Assembly (NCBI GenBank): GCA_013416795.1
Contig: RQSC01000026.1
Location: forward strand, 81,299 to 145,298
Reading direction: 5' to 3'
DNA from: Prasinococcaceae sp. CCMP 1430
Lineage: Eukaryota > Plantae > Prasinodermophyta
Length of the DNA stretch: 64,000 bases
Under the pieces are notes generated by a model. That model was not told where the DNA came from. It was given only the letters and a program-made list of their open reading frames with translations, and searched no databases. Positions 43,740 to 54,817 of this stretch are shown one piece after another; the first letter of the stretch is position 1; each line of letters opens with the position of its first letter. A program made the translations under genes and the position numbers.

Positions 43740-46700
43740 ATGGCGGAGAGGGGCGCGCCCGGCGCAGCGCCCAGCGGGGGGGACTGGGAGAACGCGGCTC
43801 CGGTCTCGCCACGGCCGCTGCGCCCGGCCAGCGCACCGCTCTCCCGGCACCCCTCGGGCGCGTCGAGCACTCCTCTCTCCCCTCGCTCGCCACGCGTGCT
43901 GTCACCACGCGTGCCTTCGCTGTCGGCCCCGGTGAGCCCTGCTGCCCGCATGGCTGAGTCAATTGAAAGAGCCGCCGTGCACGCCATGCATGCCGCGCTC
44001 GGCGATCAGGCCTTGCCGACCGCTTTTTCTCCTAGTAGCGACTTACTGCGACCTACGGGTGCGCCCGCCAGCTCACGCTGTGGCGTCGACAGCAAGGTGC
44101 TCCTCGCAGTGGTCCGCCGTGCCATCGCCAAGCATGAAGCCGAGCTAAGGCGCGAGAATGCCCGCTTGGCTGACACGTCCGTGTACCTGTGTGATTCGTG
44201 GACTGAGGGCATCGGCACACTTGCCAACGTCGAAAATGAGACGGACGCAGAGGAAGCTGAGGTGCTCGAGCCCATGCGTGCCCTCGTCATTGAGACGCGC
44301 GAGCGCACGTTTGGGGCGCGCCCTGAAGTGGGTAAGCTCCTTGGCAGCGTGGCAGCAGCTCGCGCCAACATCGCTCTGACGGTGCGCGAGGCCAAAGAGC
44401 TCGTTGCCTCCACTGGGAGCCTGGCGAGCGCCGCCGACGAGATGGAAGTGCTTGCCAGCAAGGTCGCAATGGATACTGAGAGTATCGAGGGATCGAGTGC
44501 TATGTATGAGCTCACCGCCCGCACGATAACGTACATCAAGACGTCGGATCTGCTCGGGCGCCTACTCGAGCAGCGCCCGCGTGAGCAACGAGACACGGGC
44601 GCGCCAGGTTTGGCACGCGGTATGAGCGACGGGCAACTCGTGGCGCTGCAGCGCCATCACGATGCGCTTGAACGCGCGCGGCGCTCACTCGAGACAGCGT
44701 TCGATGCTGTGGCCATGGATGCCGACAGGCTCGCGCACCAGTGCCCAGCGGCGCTTGTCTCGCGCGTGCGTGCACTTGAGTTGCTCGAGCGTGCCGTACG
44801 TATCCACAATGCCATGGAATGGCAGGTCGAGGACGAAGAGCGTCCGAGCGCTGGTGCTGGGGTCGCGCTCGAACGAGGAGGTGAGGATATGTCCGTGCCT
44901 GAGGATGGCGCGCACATCGAACCGAAGACGGACATGATACCCGCGGTCGTGACTGTGGCTCCTCCGAGAAGGCGCGCCGCGGCGCTTGTGTCGACGGCGT
45001 CGCCACGCGAAGCTTTTATCCGGAAGATGCTGGAGGTCGCAGCAGAACACGCGCACACCAACCTCGCGTGGGAGGAAGGGCAGGACGCTACTGTATTGCT
45101 TGAGGCCGCGTCTGCGCTCGTCGACAGGCTACACACGGTGCGGTCGATCATCGCACCGTGCTTCCCCCGCGACTACGATCTCGTGCGCAGGTTTGCAGAG
45201 CTCTATCATGGATTTTTTGTCCAGCTCTTTGAGCTCTTTGTCGAGTGCATAGCGGAGGACGGCAAGGCCTCGTCGGCAGCCGGGCGCACAACGCACTTCG
45301 TGTCCAATGCCGCCATCCTCGCAGCGTTGGGGTGGGTCCCGTGGTACTTTCAGACCCTTCGCCTCAAGTACAAGATCGAGGCCCCTGAAGAGCTGCAGCC
45401 GTCACTGTCGACAGCCGCCGATGCACTGCTGGCGAGCTACGTGGAACGGACGCGTCGTTCGCTGAAGACGTGGGCGGATAACATTGCGCGTGCCGATGCG
45501 ACTCTCGAGCCCACAGCCGACGCCAATGGGCGCCTGTCGTCGCCGGCATTTGTGGATGTGATGCGGCTGGTTAGCGACCAAGTGAGGCTCGTGCAGGACG
45601 TCAATGGCAAGCTATTGCTCGAGGTTGGCGCCGCTGGCATGGACGCGTTCCTGCGTTTCCAGCAGCAGCTGATGAAGGCCGTCAAAGCACCCCTCGAGGA
45701 CGAGGGCGCCCAAGCAAAAGGTCGTCGCCGTCACGGGCGCAGCCGAAGCGGTGATGCAGACAGCACGCTCGACGCGTACGCGCACGAGGAACAGATGCGC
45801 GCAGAGCTACTCGAGCTCGCCTTGGCGCGCATGGCCTCGATGGCTAATAGCTGTCTGGTGGCTGCCTCCGAGATGGTGCCTTACGCCGAGTCCATCGCGC
45901 GCATGCTGCAGGGGCCGCATGCACTTGCGGCATTTTCGCTGATGGATGCGCGAGCCGTGGCACGCGCGTTTGCTGAGACGGCTGCCGCCGCTTCCGACCG
46001 CTCGGCCGACATTGTGCTGCACGACATCATCGCCAAGCTTTTGCCAGAGCTTTTCACGGACAGGTGGGCGCGCGCCAACGCTGCAGACTCCGTGGTCGGC
46101 AGTATGGTTGCAACACTCGAAGACTATAGCGGCGACCTCCGTCGGTTCATGGACCCCCCTGTGTTCACAGCCACCATGAACGCGTGCCTCGAGAAGACCG
46201 TGGTCGGCTACCTTGGCGCGCTCGTGCTCAAAACACCGCGTGCTCTGCCCATCGAATGGCTTTCTCAGGCCCAGGCGGACGAGATGCTGATCGCAGACTT
46301 TTTCTCAAGGTTCGTCGAAGGCAACGCGGCAGGCATGGGCCTGCTCGAGACGTCGCTGTCCGCCATGGCGGCCGCGCGGTCGCTCGTATTCGCGGCCGAC
46401 GAGCGCGAGACCATCGCCGCCGCGGTACACATGCGGGCGAAGCACAACGTTAGTGATGCCATGCTGGAACGCATTTTAGCGATGAACTCGGTCGTGGACT
46501 CTATAGCAGTCAGGAGTAGCGTTCTCTCTGCGATAGCTGATGCTACAGCGAGTCACGGCGAGGAGCGCGCCGAGCACGAGCCCTCGACGACCGAGGACGC
46601 GTTTGCGGACGAGGACTGCACCGATTCACCCGACCGGTCCTTCGAGCCCTTTGCGTTGCTCGAGGAAGAGGCAGGCGGGGCAAGGCGGATTCGGAGGCGG

Positions 46701-46871
46701 CGCACGATCGACACGGCCGTGACCTCCGCCGTCAAGCAGCTGAGGTCAGCGCCGAGGCTGAGCAGCCGCGGCTCACGCTGGGCGGTGCAGCAGGCATCCG
46801 CAAAGAAGACCAGGTCGATCATGTTTGCTGACGTGTCCCTCGGTGACTCGGATGAGGAGGCAGCACGATGA
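43740..46871 (+). CDS. SEC6: Exocyst complex component Sec6 (EXOC3)-like
   Basis: IAPCFPRDYDL..Y.ELYH; SNAAILAALGWV; VDVMRLVSDQV; ATLEDYSGDL. Confidence 0.8.
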   Translation: MAERGAPGAAPSGGDWENAAPVSPRPLRPASAPLSRHPSGASSTPLSPRSPRVLSPRVPSLSAPVSPAARMAESIERAAVHAMHAALGDQALPTAFSPSSDLLRPTGAPASSRCGVDSKVLLAVVRRAIAKHEAELRRENARLADTSVYLCDSWTEGIGTLANVENETDAEEAEVLEPMRALVIETRERTFGARPEVGKLLGSVAAARANIALTVREAKELVASTGSLASAADEMEVLASKVAMDTESIEGSSAMYELTARTITYIKTSDLLGRLLEQRPREQRDTGAPGLARGMSDGQLVALQRHHDALERARRSLETAFDAVAMDADRLAHQCPAALVSRVRALELLERAVRIHNAMEWQVEDEERPSAGAGVALERGGEDMSVPEDGAHIEPKTDMIPAVVTVAPPRRRAAALVSTASPREAFIRKMLEVAAEHAHTNLAWEEGQDATVLLEAASALVDRLHTVRSIIAPCFPRDYDLVRRFAELYHGFFVQLFELFVECIAEDGKASSAAGRTTHFVSNAAILAALGWVPWYFQTLRLKYKIEAPEELQPSLSTAADALLASYVERTRRSLKTWADNIARADATLEPTADANGRLSSPAFVDVMRLVSDQVRLVQDVNGKLLLEVGAAGMDAFLRFQQQLMKAVKAPLEDEGAQAKGRRRHGRSRSGDADSTLDAYAHEEQMRAELLELALARMASMANSCLVAASEMVPYAESIARMLQGPHALAAFSLMDARAVARAFAETAAAASDRSADIVLHDIIAKLLPELFTDRWARANAADSVVGSMVATLEDYSGDLRRFMDPPVFTATMNACLEKTVVGYLGALVLKTPRALPIEWLSQAQADEMLIADFFSRFVEGNAAGMGLLETSLSAMAAARSLVFAADERETIAAAVHMRAKHNVSDAMLERILAMNSVVDSIAVRSSVLSAIADATASHGEERAEHEPSTTEDAFADEDCTDSPDRSFEPFALLEEEAGGARRIRRRRTIDTAVTSAVKQLRSAPRLSSRGSRWAVQQASAKKTRSIMFADVSLGDSDEEAAR

Positions 46872-47548
46872 TGGCAAGGATGTAGGCACACGTTCCGCAC
46901 AACCACGTACTTGGCAAGACGTGCAGATGTTAGTCCCGACTCCATCTATCCGATGCGTGCCAATCTTATTTTTCCCACGCGTTCCGTGCGGCGCGCAGCA
47001 TCAAAGCGCCGTCAGAGGTCGGCTGAGTAGCCGCCTCTCGGAGTGAGATTCGCCCCAGCGCGCGACTGTGTTTGATGGTTCGGACGAGGCTTGAAGCGGT
47101 TTCGTCTCCGGATGTCTCGCAAATGCAAAAATTCGGTACGGTTTGGCGGCCAAACGTTTTGTGGCCTCCGAGCGGGGGATCGCACACCCGCACACAGCGC
47201 CTCGAGCACCGCCTTGCCAGCACTGCGCCGTCTCGCGATGCCTGCAAACACTCCTCACCAGCGCTGCGCGGCTCGTCTCAACCGGGTCTGATGGTGTTCT
47301 CGGAATTGATGGACCGTGCGGGGCACACGCCCCAACACCGCTGTGACACCTGATGGTTGAGCGCAGAGCGCCATTCGATCGAATGGTCACAACGTGTGGC
47401 GTTCTATCATTGGCCAGTCGCGGCGGGGTCCAGTCTTGGCGCCTTCGATGAGGGTGGGTGGGGCAGCCAGGGGCAGAGCCGGCGCGCGAGCGCAGGGCGC
47501 CACACGGCGCCAGCGACCCGCGGCAGGGAAAGGGGGGGGGGGGGGGGG

Positions 47549-47951
47549 NNNNNNNNNNNNNNNNNNNNNNNNNNNNNNNNNNNNNNNNNNNNNNNNNNNN
47601 NNNNNNNNNNNNNNNNNNNNNNNNNNNNNNNNNNNNNNNNNNNNNNNNNNNNNNNNNNNNNNNNNNNNNNNNNNNNNNNNNNNNNNNNNNNNNNNNNNNN
47701 NNNNNNNNNNNNNNNNNNNNNNNNNNNNNNNNNNNNNNNNNNNNNNNNNNNNNNNNNNNNNNNNNNNNNNNNNNNNNNNNNNNNNNNNNNNNNNNNNNNN
47801 NNNNNNNNNNNNNNNNNNNNNNNNNNNNNNNNNNNNNNNNNNNNNNNNNNNNNNNNNNNNNNNNNNNNNNNNNNNNNNNNNNNNNNNNNNNNNNNNNNNN
47901 NNNNNNNNNNNNNNNNNNNNNNNNNNNNNNNNNNNNNNNNNNNNNNNNNNN
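47549..47951. other. Assembly gap (403 N)
   Basis: Run of N. Confidence 1.
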
Positions 47952-48152
47952 TTATTGTTCCTTGAAGCGGTAGCCGACGCCGTAGAGCGTTTCGATCATC
48001 TCGAAATCGTCGTCGGTGGCTTTGAACTTCTTGCGCAGCCGCTTGATGTGGCTGTTGATGGTGCGGTCGTCCACATAGACCTGGTCGTCATAGGCCGCGT
48101 CCATCAGCGCATTGCGCGATTTGACTACGCCGGGCCGCAGCGCCAGCGCCTG
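47952..48152 (-). pseudogene. chvI: 3' fragment of an alphaproteobacterial ChvI (OmpR-family) response regulator
   Basis: [66 protein letters not shown]. Confidence 0.85.
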
Positions 48153-48154
48153 CG

Positions 48155-49066
48155 GTGCGCGTGCCGGCGGCGGTGATCGCGACGGGCGTTGCGATGCCGG
48201 TAGTGTCGCTGGGCACGGGCGGCGGCGACGTTGGCAACCGCTCGGTGGTGCGCGGTGCCGTGCGGGACTGGCTGCTCGTCGCCGGGGGGAGAGGCATCGA
48301 CACCGCGGCAGACTACGACAATGAGGACCTGGTAGGCGACGCGCTCGCCGACGCGGCCGCGGCCGGCGTCCAGCGCGAAGAGATCTTCTTGACGACCAAG
48401 CAGCCCGGCCCGCTCGGATACGACGCCACGCTGGCGTCGCTCGAGGCGTCGCTGGGCCGGCTGCGCACGACCTGGGTCGACCTCTTCCTCGTTCACTTTC
48501 CCGACCCCGCCAACGCGACCACGCCGGCCGAGGCGCGGCAGCTTCGGCAGGACACCTGGCGGGCGATGGAGCACCTGCGGGCGAGCGGCAAGGCGCGTGC
48601 GGTGGGCGTGTCCAACTTCGAGGTGACCCACCTCAAGGACGTGCTCGACGTGGCCACCGTCGTGCCCGCGGTGAACCAGGTGCTCTTCAACCCCGTGAAA
48701 GCCGACATGGAGCTGCTGGCGTTCTGCGACAGGTGGGGCATCACGCTCGAGGCTTGGAGTCCGCTGGGCGGCCACGACTCCCGCCACGGCGAGGTGCTGA
48801 ACCTGCCCCTCATGCGCCGCGTCGCCGCCGCGCACGGCGTCTCCACCGCGCAGGTGGCGCTCCGCTGGGCGCTGCAGCACGGCATCGTGCTCACCGCCGG
48901 CACCACCAACCCCGCGCACATGTCGACCAACCTCGACCTGTGGGACTTCAGGCTCACCGACGACGAGGTCGCGGCCATCTCCGCGCTCACGCCGCCGCGC
49001 GGCCGCTCGGCGCCGGGGGCGCTCCTGAGGGGGGGCGCCGGGTTGGGATCAGGAGCTCGTGTTTGA
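48155..49066 (+). CDS. Aldo-keto reductase; 5' end probably truncated
   Basis: MPVVSLGT; catalytic tetrad D(IDTA), Y(DYDNE), K(TTK), H(LVHFP); AVGVSNF; QVALRWALQ. Confidence 0.92.
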   Translation: MRVPAAVIATGVAMPVVSLGTGGGDVGNRSVVRGAVRDWLLVAGGRGIDTAADYDNEDLVGDALADAAAAGVQREEIFLTTKQPGPLGYDATLASLEASLGRLRTTWVDLFLVHFPDPANATTPAEARQLRQDTWRAMEHLRASGKARAVGVSNFEVTHLKDVLDVATVVPAVNQVLFNPVKADMELLAFCDRWGITLEAWSPLGGHDSRHGEVLNLPLMRRVAAAHGVSTAQVALRWALQHGIVLTAGTTNPAHMSTNLDLWDFRLTDDEVAAISALTPPRGRSAPGALLRGGAGLGSGARV

Positions 49067-49123
49067 GGGTAGGGGTAAAATAGGGTCCGTCATTTTTTTA
49101 AGGAGGGGGGGGTGACTGCGAAG

Positions 49124-49293
49124 TTCACTTTTGACGTGGGAGTCATCCTTTCACTTTTGACGTGGGAGTCGTCCTTTCACTTTGACGTGGGAGTCGTCCT
49201 TTCAATTTGACGTGGGAGTCGTCCTTTCACTTTGATGTGGGAGTCGTCCTTTCACTATGACGTGGGAGTCATCCCTTCACAATGACGTGGGAG
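49124..49293. repeat. Minisatellite of ~6.7 copies of a 25-26 bp unit, TTCACTTTGACGTGGGAGTCGTCCT
   Basis: Head-to-tail copies, no unique spacers. Confidence 0.95.
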
Positions 49294-49513
49294 GTGTCGG
49301 GTGTTCGATGGCTCCCAGGGAGAAACGGCGGCGCCAGCGGCGCGCGCACTCTCGCGCGCCACACGCCGCGCGCGAGGTGCTGCGTGGCAAGGGAGGCACC
49401 CTCCCCCCCCGCCCTTCTTCCGCGCTCTCTCTCTCGCTCTCTCTGTGTCTCTCTCCGCCCTCTCTGCTCCGCCCGTTGGCGTCTCCCAGCCGACAACGGC
49501 GCGGCGCCGAGCG

Positions 49514-50793
49514 ATGGCGCCGCCGAGCGCTGCAGGCGGCAGTGGAGGCGGACGGGGGCGGCATGCGGGCGCCGGGGGTGTCTCGCGGACGGAGAGGCGC
49601 ACGGTGGGGGCCGATGGCGGGGAGGGTCGCGATGGTGACCGCGAGCAGGAGAGCGATGACGACGAGGAGGAAGACGACGATGACGAAGGGGACTATGAGG
49701 ACGACGAAATCGACGACCTGCTGTTGGGTGACGGTGCGCGGGGCGCGCCCATGCGTGCGCCCGAGCCAAAGCGCTAATATAAGCCCAGCGCCTGCAGAGC
49801 CTGCGCTCGTGCGTGTGCGCCTCGCGCTATCAGAAACTTCCAGCGCGCGCTGCCGGCAGGACCGACGGTCACCTCCCTTGCTCGGCACGCTGCCGGAGCC
49901 CGCTGGTGGCGGCGCACACATGAGGCTCAAGCTGACCCGCTCGCTACGCAGCCCCCCCGTCTGGCAGTGGCATCCAACCCATCATGTCCAAGGCAAAGAT
50001 GTCCAAGGCGGCGTCGAAGGGCGGAGAGGGATCCGAACGCGGCGTGGTGTACCTGGGCTACGTTCCCCCTAAGATGACTGCGCTCAAGTTGCGGCGCATG
50101 CTGAGCGCACACAAGAACGCCGAGGTGCTGCGCATCTACCTCGCGCCGGAGAACGAGGCCGCACTGCGCGCACGGCGCAAGGGCGCGAAGGACGGGGAGC
50201 GCAAGGGCGATCGCGGCAAGCGCTATGTGGAGGGTTGGGTGGAATTCGGCGACAAGCGCGTGGCCAAGCGCATCGCACTCAAGCTGCACGGCACGCCCAT
50301 GGGCGGTGCGCGACGGAGCGCGCACTTCGAGAGCCTGTGGAACCTGCGCTACCTCTCCAAGTTCAAGTGGCACCACCTCACCGAGGACGCGCGCAGGCAG
50401 CGCGCGGAGAGCGCACAGGCATTCGCACAGGAGGTGCGCGAGGCGGCCCGAGACAAGAGCTTCTATGTCTCGCGGGTGAACCAAGCAAGGGCCATTGAGC
50501 GTAAGGAGAAGGCTGAGCGCGAGCGCAGGAGCACTGATGGGCACGACAGCGGCGAGCGCGACGACGGCGGAAAGGAGAGAATGGGTGGCACTGCCAAGGA
50601 CGGCGAGGACGACCGTGTCGTGGCCAAACATACCATAAAGACGAACAAACGCGCTGCAGACGCGGAAGGCGAAGTCGCGGACCGCAAGCAGCCCAAACGC
50701 CCGTTCCGCACCTTCAAGCAAAAGACCGTGCGGCGCGACGCGGACGCCGTCAAGCCGGCGCCTGCTGCGGTGCTCGACACCATCTTCGGATAG
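49514..50793 (+). CDS. ESF2: Pre-rRNA processing protein ESF2/ABT1, exons 49514-49733 and 49952-50793
   Basis: GVVYLGYVPPKM; RIYLAPE; YVEGWVEF; LWNLRYLSKFKWHHLTE; acidic N-terminal exon. Confidence 0.93.
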
Positions 50794-50833
50794 CTCGCAC
50801 GCACCGACGGTGTCACGTATCGCGCGCTCCGCA

Positions 50834-50838
50834 TGTAA
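50834..50838 (+). terminator. TGTAA putative polyadenylation signal (also 12068, 53061, 62205)
   Basis: Found ~30-135 nt after the stop codons of four + strand genes; UGUAA is the known chlorophyte poly(A) signal. Confidence 0.55.
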
Positions 50839-51097
50839 ATTCTGTACTGTACCTCTCTGTACGCTCGAAGGCGTCGCAGGGAGCGCACCCGGCGCGGGAC
50901 GTCCGTGGTTGCGAGTCCGCCGCATCGCTCACGCAGCTGCAACGGCGGCAGCGGCCGGGGCTCCTCGGATGGTCACGCGCACGCCGCGCACACTGAGGGG
51001 CCCGGCGCGTGCGTCGCTCTCATGTCTCGTTATTACGACATCATCTCACGTGAAGGGACAGTCCGACCGCGTGCTGTCGCGTCTCCTCCTGCTACTG

Positions 51098-51973
51098 TCA
51101 GTGTGAGTGATCGTGATCGTGAGCATGATCATGAGCCTCATCGTGAGTATGGTCATGAGAGGAGCAGAGCGCGGCAGCCATCAACTCGAGTGCGGCAGCA
51201 GCGAGGGCCCTTTCGTCGTCGTCGCAGACCTGGTCGTTTTTCGTGTGCTCCGCGCGCCGCAATTTGCGTCGCTCGCGCGTGCGCTCACGCACGACGCTCG
51301 CATGGCATTTGACCGGCCCTCCTTTGCACGCACACGCCATCATACACTGCAAGCACAGGCCTTGGAGTTTCTTCGAGGGCTTGGACTTCTTTTCCAAGGC
51401 GCTCGCGACAGCGCCCACGGCATCAACAGCCGAAGACAGCTGATCGCCCGTGCCGGCGGCTTCGCTCCGCTGGTCCGCCCTCGCGGCGAGGGCGCTGCGC
51501 ACCGACTTCGCCAACTCAACGTGGTGTTGGGGTGCGCCTGGCACGTCAGCAGCGGCCAGAAACTTCGCCAGTCTATGCCCACAGTCGTGTGTGTGGTAGC
51601 CCTGTCCGCACCGGACGCATATGGACACGATCCGCGCGTACTTGGCTACCTGTCCGCATGCGTGACAAGAGACCACCCTCGGTTTGTCTGCGTGCACACG
51701 CATGCGTACATGTCAGAGCGCCATCGAGCGGGAGGGCGGGCGGACGCGTCAGCGGTAAAATCGCACGCTCGAGCGAGGTGGAGAGGTCGGGGGCGGGGGA
51801 GGGGCTGCGACGCAGCGCAGCGCATGCGCCGTACCACCGGCGTCGCTCTTTTGTTTTCTCTTGCGCCCCCGCGCGGGTATTTGTTGTGGCGATGTGCCAC
51901 CGCTCGCGGGAACGGGGCTAGGTAGCCCCTTACTGTCTGTTCCTTGCATCTCTGGGGATGCCGCGGGCTCCAT
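51098..51973 (-). CDS. Cys-rich zinc-finger protein (zf-4CXXC_R1-like) with a His/Asp tail; exons 51973-51835 and 51687-51098
   Basis: SCHACGQ..CVRC..HTHDC..CLQC..CAC; NLS-like RGRKRKQK; phase-1 intron fits. Confidence 0.7.
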
Positions 51974-52636
51974 CGCCCGCCAACAGCGCCGCAGCGCCGC
52001 GTGGCGGCTTGTGCTGCGCAGCTCAACCGCCTTCCCCCTCCCCGGCCCTCTCCCCTCCCCCACCCCCCCTCGCGACCACCAAGACACGGCGTGGCAACAC
52101 CCGGCCGCCACCCACCCTACCCTTCTCGCCTCCGCGACGCGTAGCTCTGCGCCACTGGCTGAAAGACCGGTGCTGCGGGCGCGCCGCGCCGCGTCGCGCC
52201 GTCCGCCAGCCGGAGCCCGCGCGTGTGGCGCACGCGCGACGCGGCGCGCCCCCCCGCTCGGTACCGCGCCGCACACAAAAGTGCCCAACAGGGGCGCACG
52301 AGCCCGCGACGGCAGAATGAATTGAATGCCCGAGTCGAAAAAATGAAACAGCGCCAATGCGCGCATGCACGCATGGGATGCGGCCTCTCGTCGTCGTGTC
52401 GCAGGCGGCTGCGGGTGAGGCGCAGACGCGAGGGCCGACCGAGGTCAAGTCGAAAGCGATGCGAGGGCGCGCATGCGCCGTGATCAAGACCGGTGGGGCA
52501 ACGCCGCCACCGGCACCGCACCGAAAACGCGCGACCGGGACCCGTGGCGGTTGCGGCCGGCGCCGGCGCGGCCAGGGGCGCGCTGCTGCGGCGAGCGCCA
52601 CACCGCGCGCGGCCGGCGCGCGGTGGGCGCGGGGCA

Positions 52637-53032
52637 ATGGCGACGGCGGTGCAGGCATGGGACACGCCGCTCAAGGCGCTCTTGGCTGAGGGCGTGGCGT
52701 CTGGATACGCGATGGTGCGCATCGGCGCGGCGCCCAACGACAGCGCCGGCGAGGGCACGCTGGGGGGAGAGAGCGGTGCGCACGCTGCTGCGGAGCTGTG
52801 TGCGCCCGCGGGGGACCAACCAAGCCGAGCCGTCGAAGCATGCGGCGACACCTTTCGCGTCTTCTACGACGACCGCCGTGCGGTGTACGCCGCCGGCGCA
52901 CGAGGCGCGTTGCTGTTGCTCAGCCGTGTCGGCGCTGGCCGATGCGTCGTCGTGCACGCAAGGCGCGACCCATCGCGGCAGTCGATCGCCGCTCTGGAGC
53001 GCACGTGCGACACACTGCGGCAGTCTGAGTGA
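52637..53032 (+). CDS. Divergent profilin-like protein (131 aa)
   Basis: Size and pattern: N-terminal helix with Trp (QAWDTPL), G.TFRV..D...VYA, beta strands, C-terminal helix LERTCDTLR. Confidence 0.55.
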   Translation: MATAVQAWDTPLKALLAEGVASGYAMVRIGAAPNDSAGEGTLGGESGAHAAAELCAPAGDQPSRAVEACGDTFRVFYDDRRAVYAAGARGALLLLSRVGAGRCVVVHARRDPSRQSIAALERTCDTLRQSE

Positions 53033-53154
53033 ACGTGCAGGCGGTGGCAGCGCGTGCGATTGTAACTTGCATCCTTGTACAAGCGGGGTCACTTTGTTAT
53101 TCAATCAGATTAGGCGCCTATGCACGCAGGCGCGATGGGCCCCTGCCGGGGTCC

Positions 53155-54817
53155 CTACTGGTTCCATGAGAGCAGCGACGGGTCCCCGAGCTTGCGAGGC
53201 TTGATGTGGCGCACGACGAGGAAGACTAGGCCAAAAAGCAGCGACGCGGCACCCACAGCAATGTACGCAACGCCTAGGAAGGCATTCTTGCCGCCAAGCC
53301 ACGATGCAGTAGACAGCACAACGCTCTTCTTGCCCTTGAACGCGTAGGTGTTGTATCTGTTCTCCACATCGACGGTGATGGTGGTACCCGCCGGAATGTC
53401 CGACTCGATCCTGCCCCACAGCTTGCGGAAGTGCGGCAGCGCGGCGGTGCGCATCCACACGACGAAGTGCTCGTCCTCCGAGAGTGACTTTGTGGGGTCA
53501 AGAACGCCACCGCCGCGTGCGTCGGGGTTCTGATTGTTGACGAACGGCAGGTCACCGTTCACGAGGTGCTCCTCGTCGAGCGGCTCGTTGTCAAACTTGT
53601 CCTTGACGTCAGATGCCCACGCGATGCCCGTCTCGAGCACGTCCACAGCGCTCGTTGCATCACCCACCGTCTTGGTCAGTGCATAGGTATCGTTGAAGAA
53701 GCTCCACGCCACGAGGCCGCACGGGTAGATGGCGTGGCCGTCCTCGTCCCTGTCGAGCGGTGGGGTGCACTCGCCGAGCTCCGAGAAGCTGTTGGACGAC
53801 AGCATCTGCAGGTCTGAGCGCGACTTGACGTATCGGCGGTGGTTTTGGAAGAAGTTGTCCATCTCATAGTACAGGAACACCGGCGCCTTCATGTCTTTGT
53901 CCACCTGGATCATCACGCTGCACGACACGCCAGCGCCATCCTCGATGGCCGACAGCGCCTGCGACGCCGCATGTGTGTCGCCAACGGCGACGTCTCCCGG
54001 CAGGCACCCCGGCTTGTCGTCATAGCGCACAGTGTATTCCACCACACCCGAGCTCGCCGACAGGCACACCACGCCGATGGGGATGAACACCAGGCCCACC
54101 GCGAAGCAGATGATTAGCACCCTGCCGCGTTCCCGCGCGCAGCGTTTCGTTGCACGGGCACAGCCGCGCGTGGGCCCGCAAGGGCAAGCGGGGGCCACAG
54201 AGCGTCAGCAAAAGGGGTGTCGCGGCTCGGCGGTCGCGCACGCAGGAGAGCTGGAATACCGCGCGGGGGAGCGGGCAAGCGGAGGTCGAGCGGGCACGGG
54301 CGCGGCATGCCGGGAGCGGCGTCCACGCCGCCGGCGAGGGCAACGCTCAGTCGAACATCCGCGCCTGCAGCGGCGAAGGAAAAAGGGTGGAAAATCGAGG
54401 CGCGCGCGACGGGCGCACGCAGGCCACCCCCAGGCTGCCCCGCGCACGCCCCACGTACGCTCGCCACGCGCGCCGGCGCAGCGGGCGGGCGATGGGGGCC
54501 TACCACTCCGAAGGCACCCCGAGGTGCGCTGGCGCGCTAGCGAGGGGCTCAGCGCTCCCCCGCTGTCCGCGTGGCCCCGTGCGCTGGAGCGCGCGCGCTG
54601 GGTGGGAAGGGGCACCCCTCTCCCCTTCTGGGAAAAAAAAAAAAACTCGCAACGGCGGGGAGCACCTGCGCGCGCCCCGAGTCGCCGGCGCCGCGCGCCC
54701 GCACCACTTGGGCGTGAGCAGCGGCTTGCAGGCGGGCAGCTTCTGCTGCGTGAACTTGGTCTCCGCGGGCCTCTTCGCCTGCGCGCGCGTCTCGGCGGCG
54801 CCCTCGGCGGCGGCCAT
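53155..54817 (-). CDS. CDC50: CDC50/LEM3/ALIS P4-ATPase flippase beta subunit; exons 54817-54705 and 54121-53155
   Basis: KFTQQKLPACKPLLTP; NFFQNHRRYVKSRSD; PCGLVAWSFFNDT; VWMRTAALP; SWLGGKNAFLG. Confidence 0.97.

Noticed and set aside
46960-47548. AT-richer segment before the gap as an ncRNA or transposon remnant
   Set aside because: No tRNA/snRNA signature, terminal repeat or coding signal recognised
49124-49293. CRISPR array
   Set aside because: Units are head-to-tail with no unique spacers, there are no cas genes, and the context is eukaryotic
54122-54704. snoRNA or extra exon in the long CDC50 intron
   Set aside because: No convincing C/D or H/ACA boxes, and the flanking exons already join into a complete conserved protein
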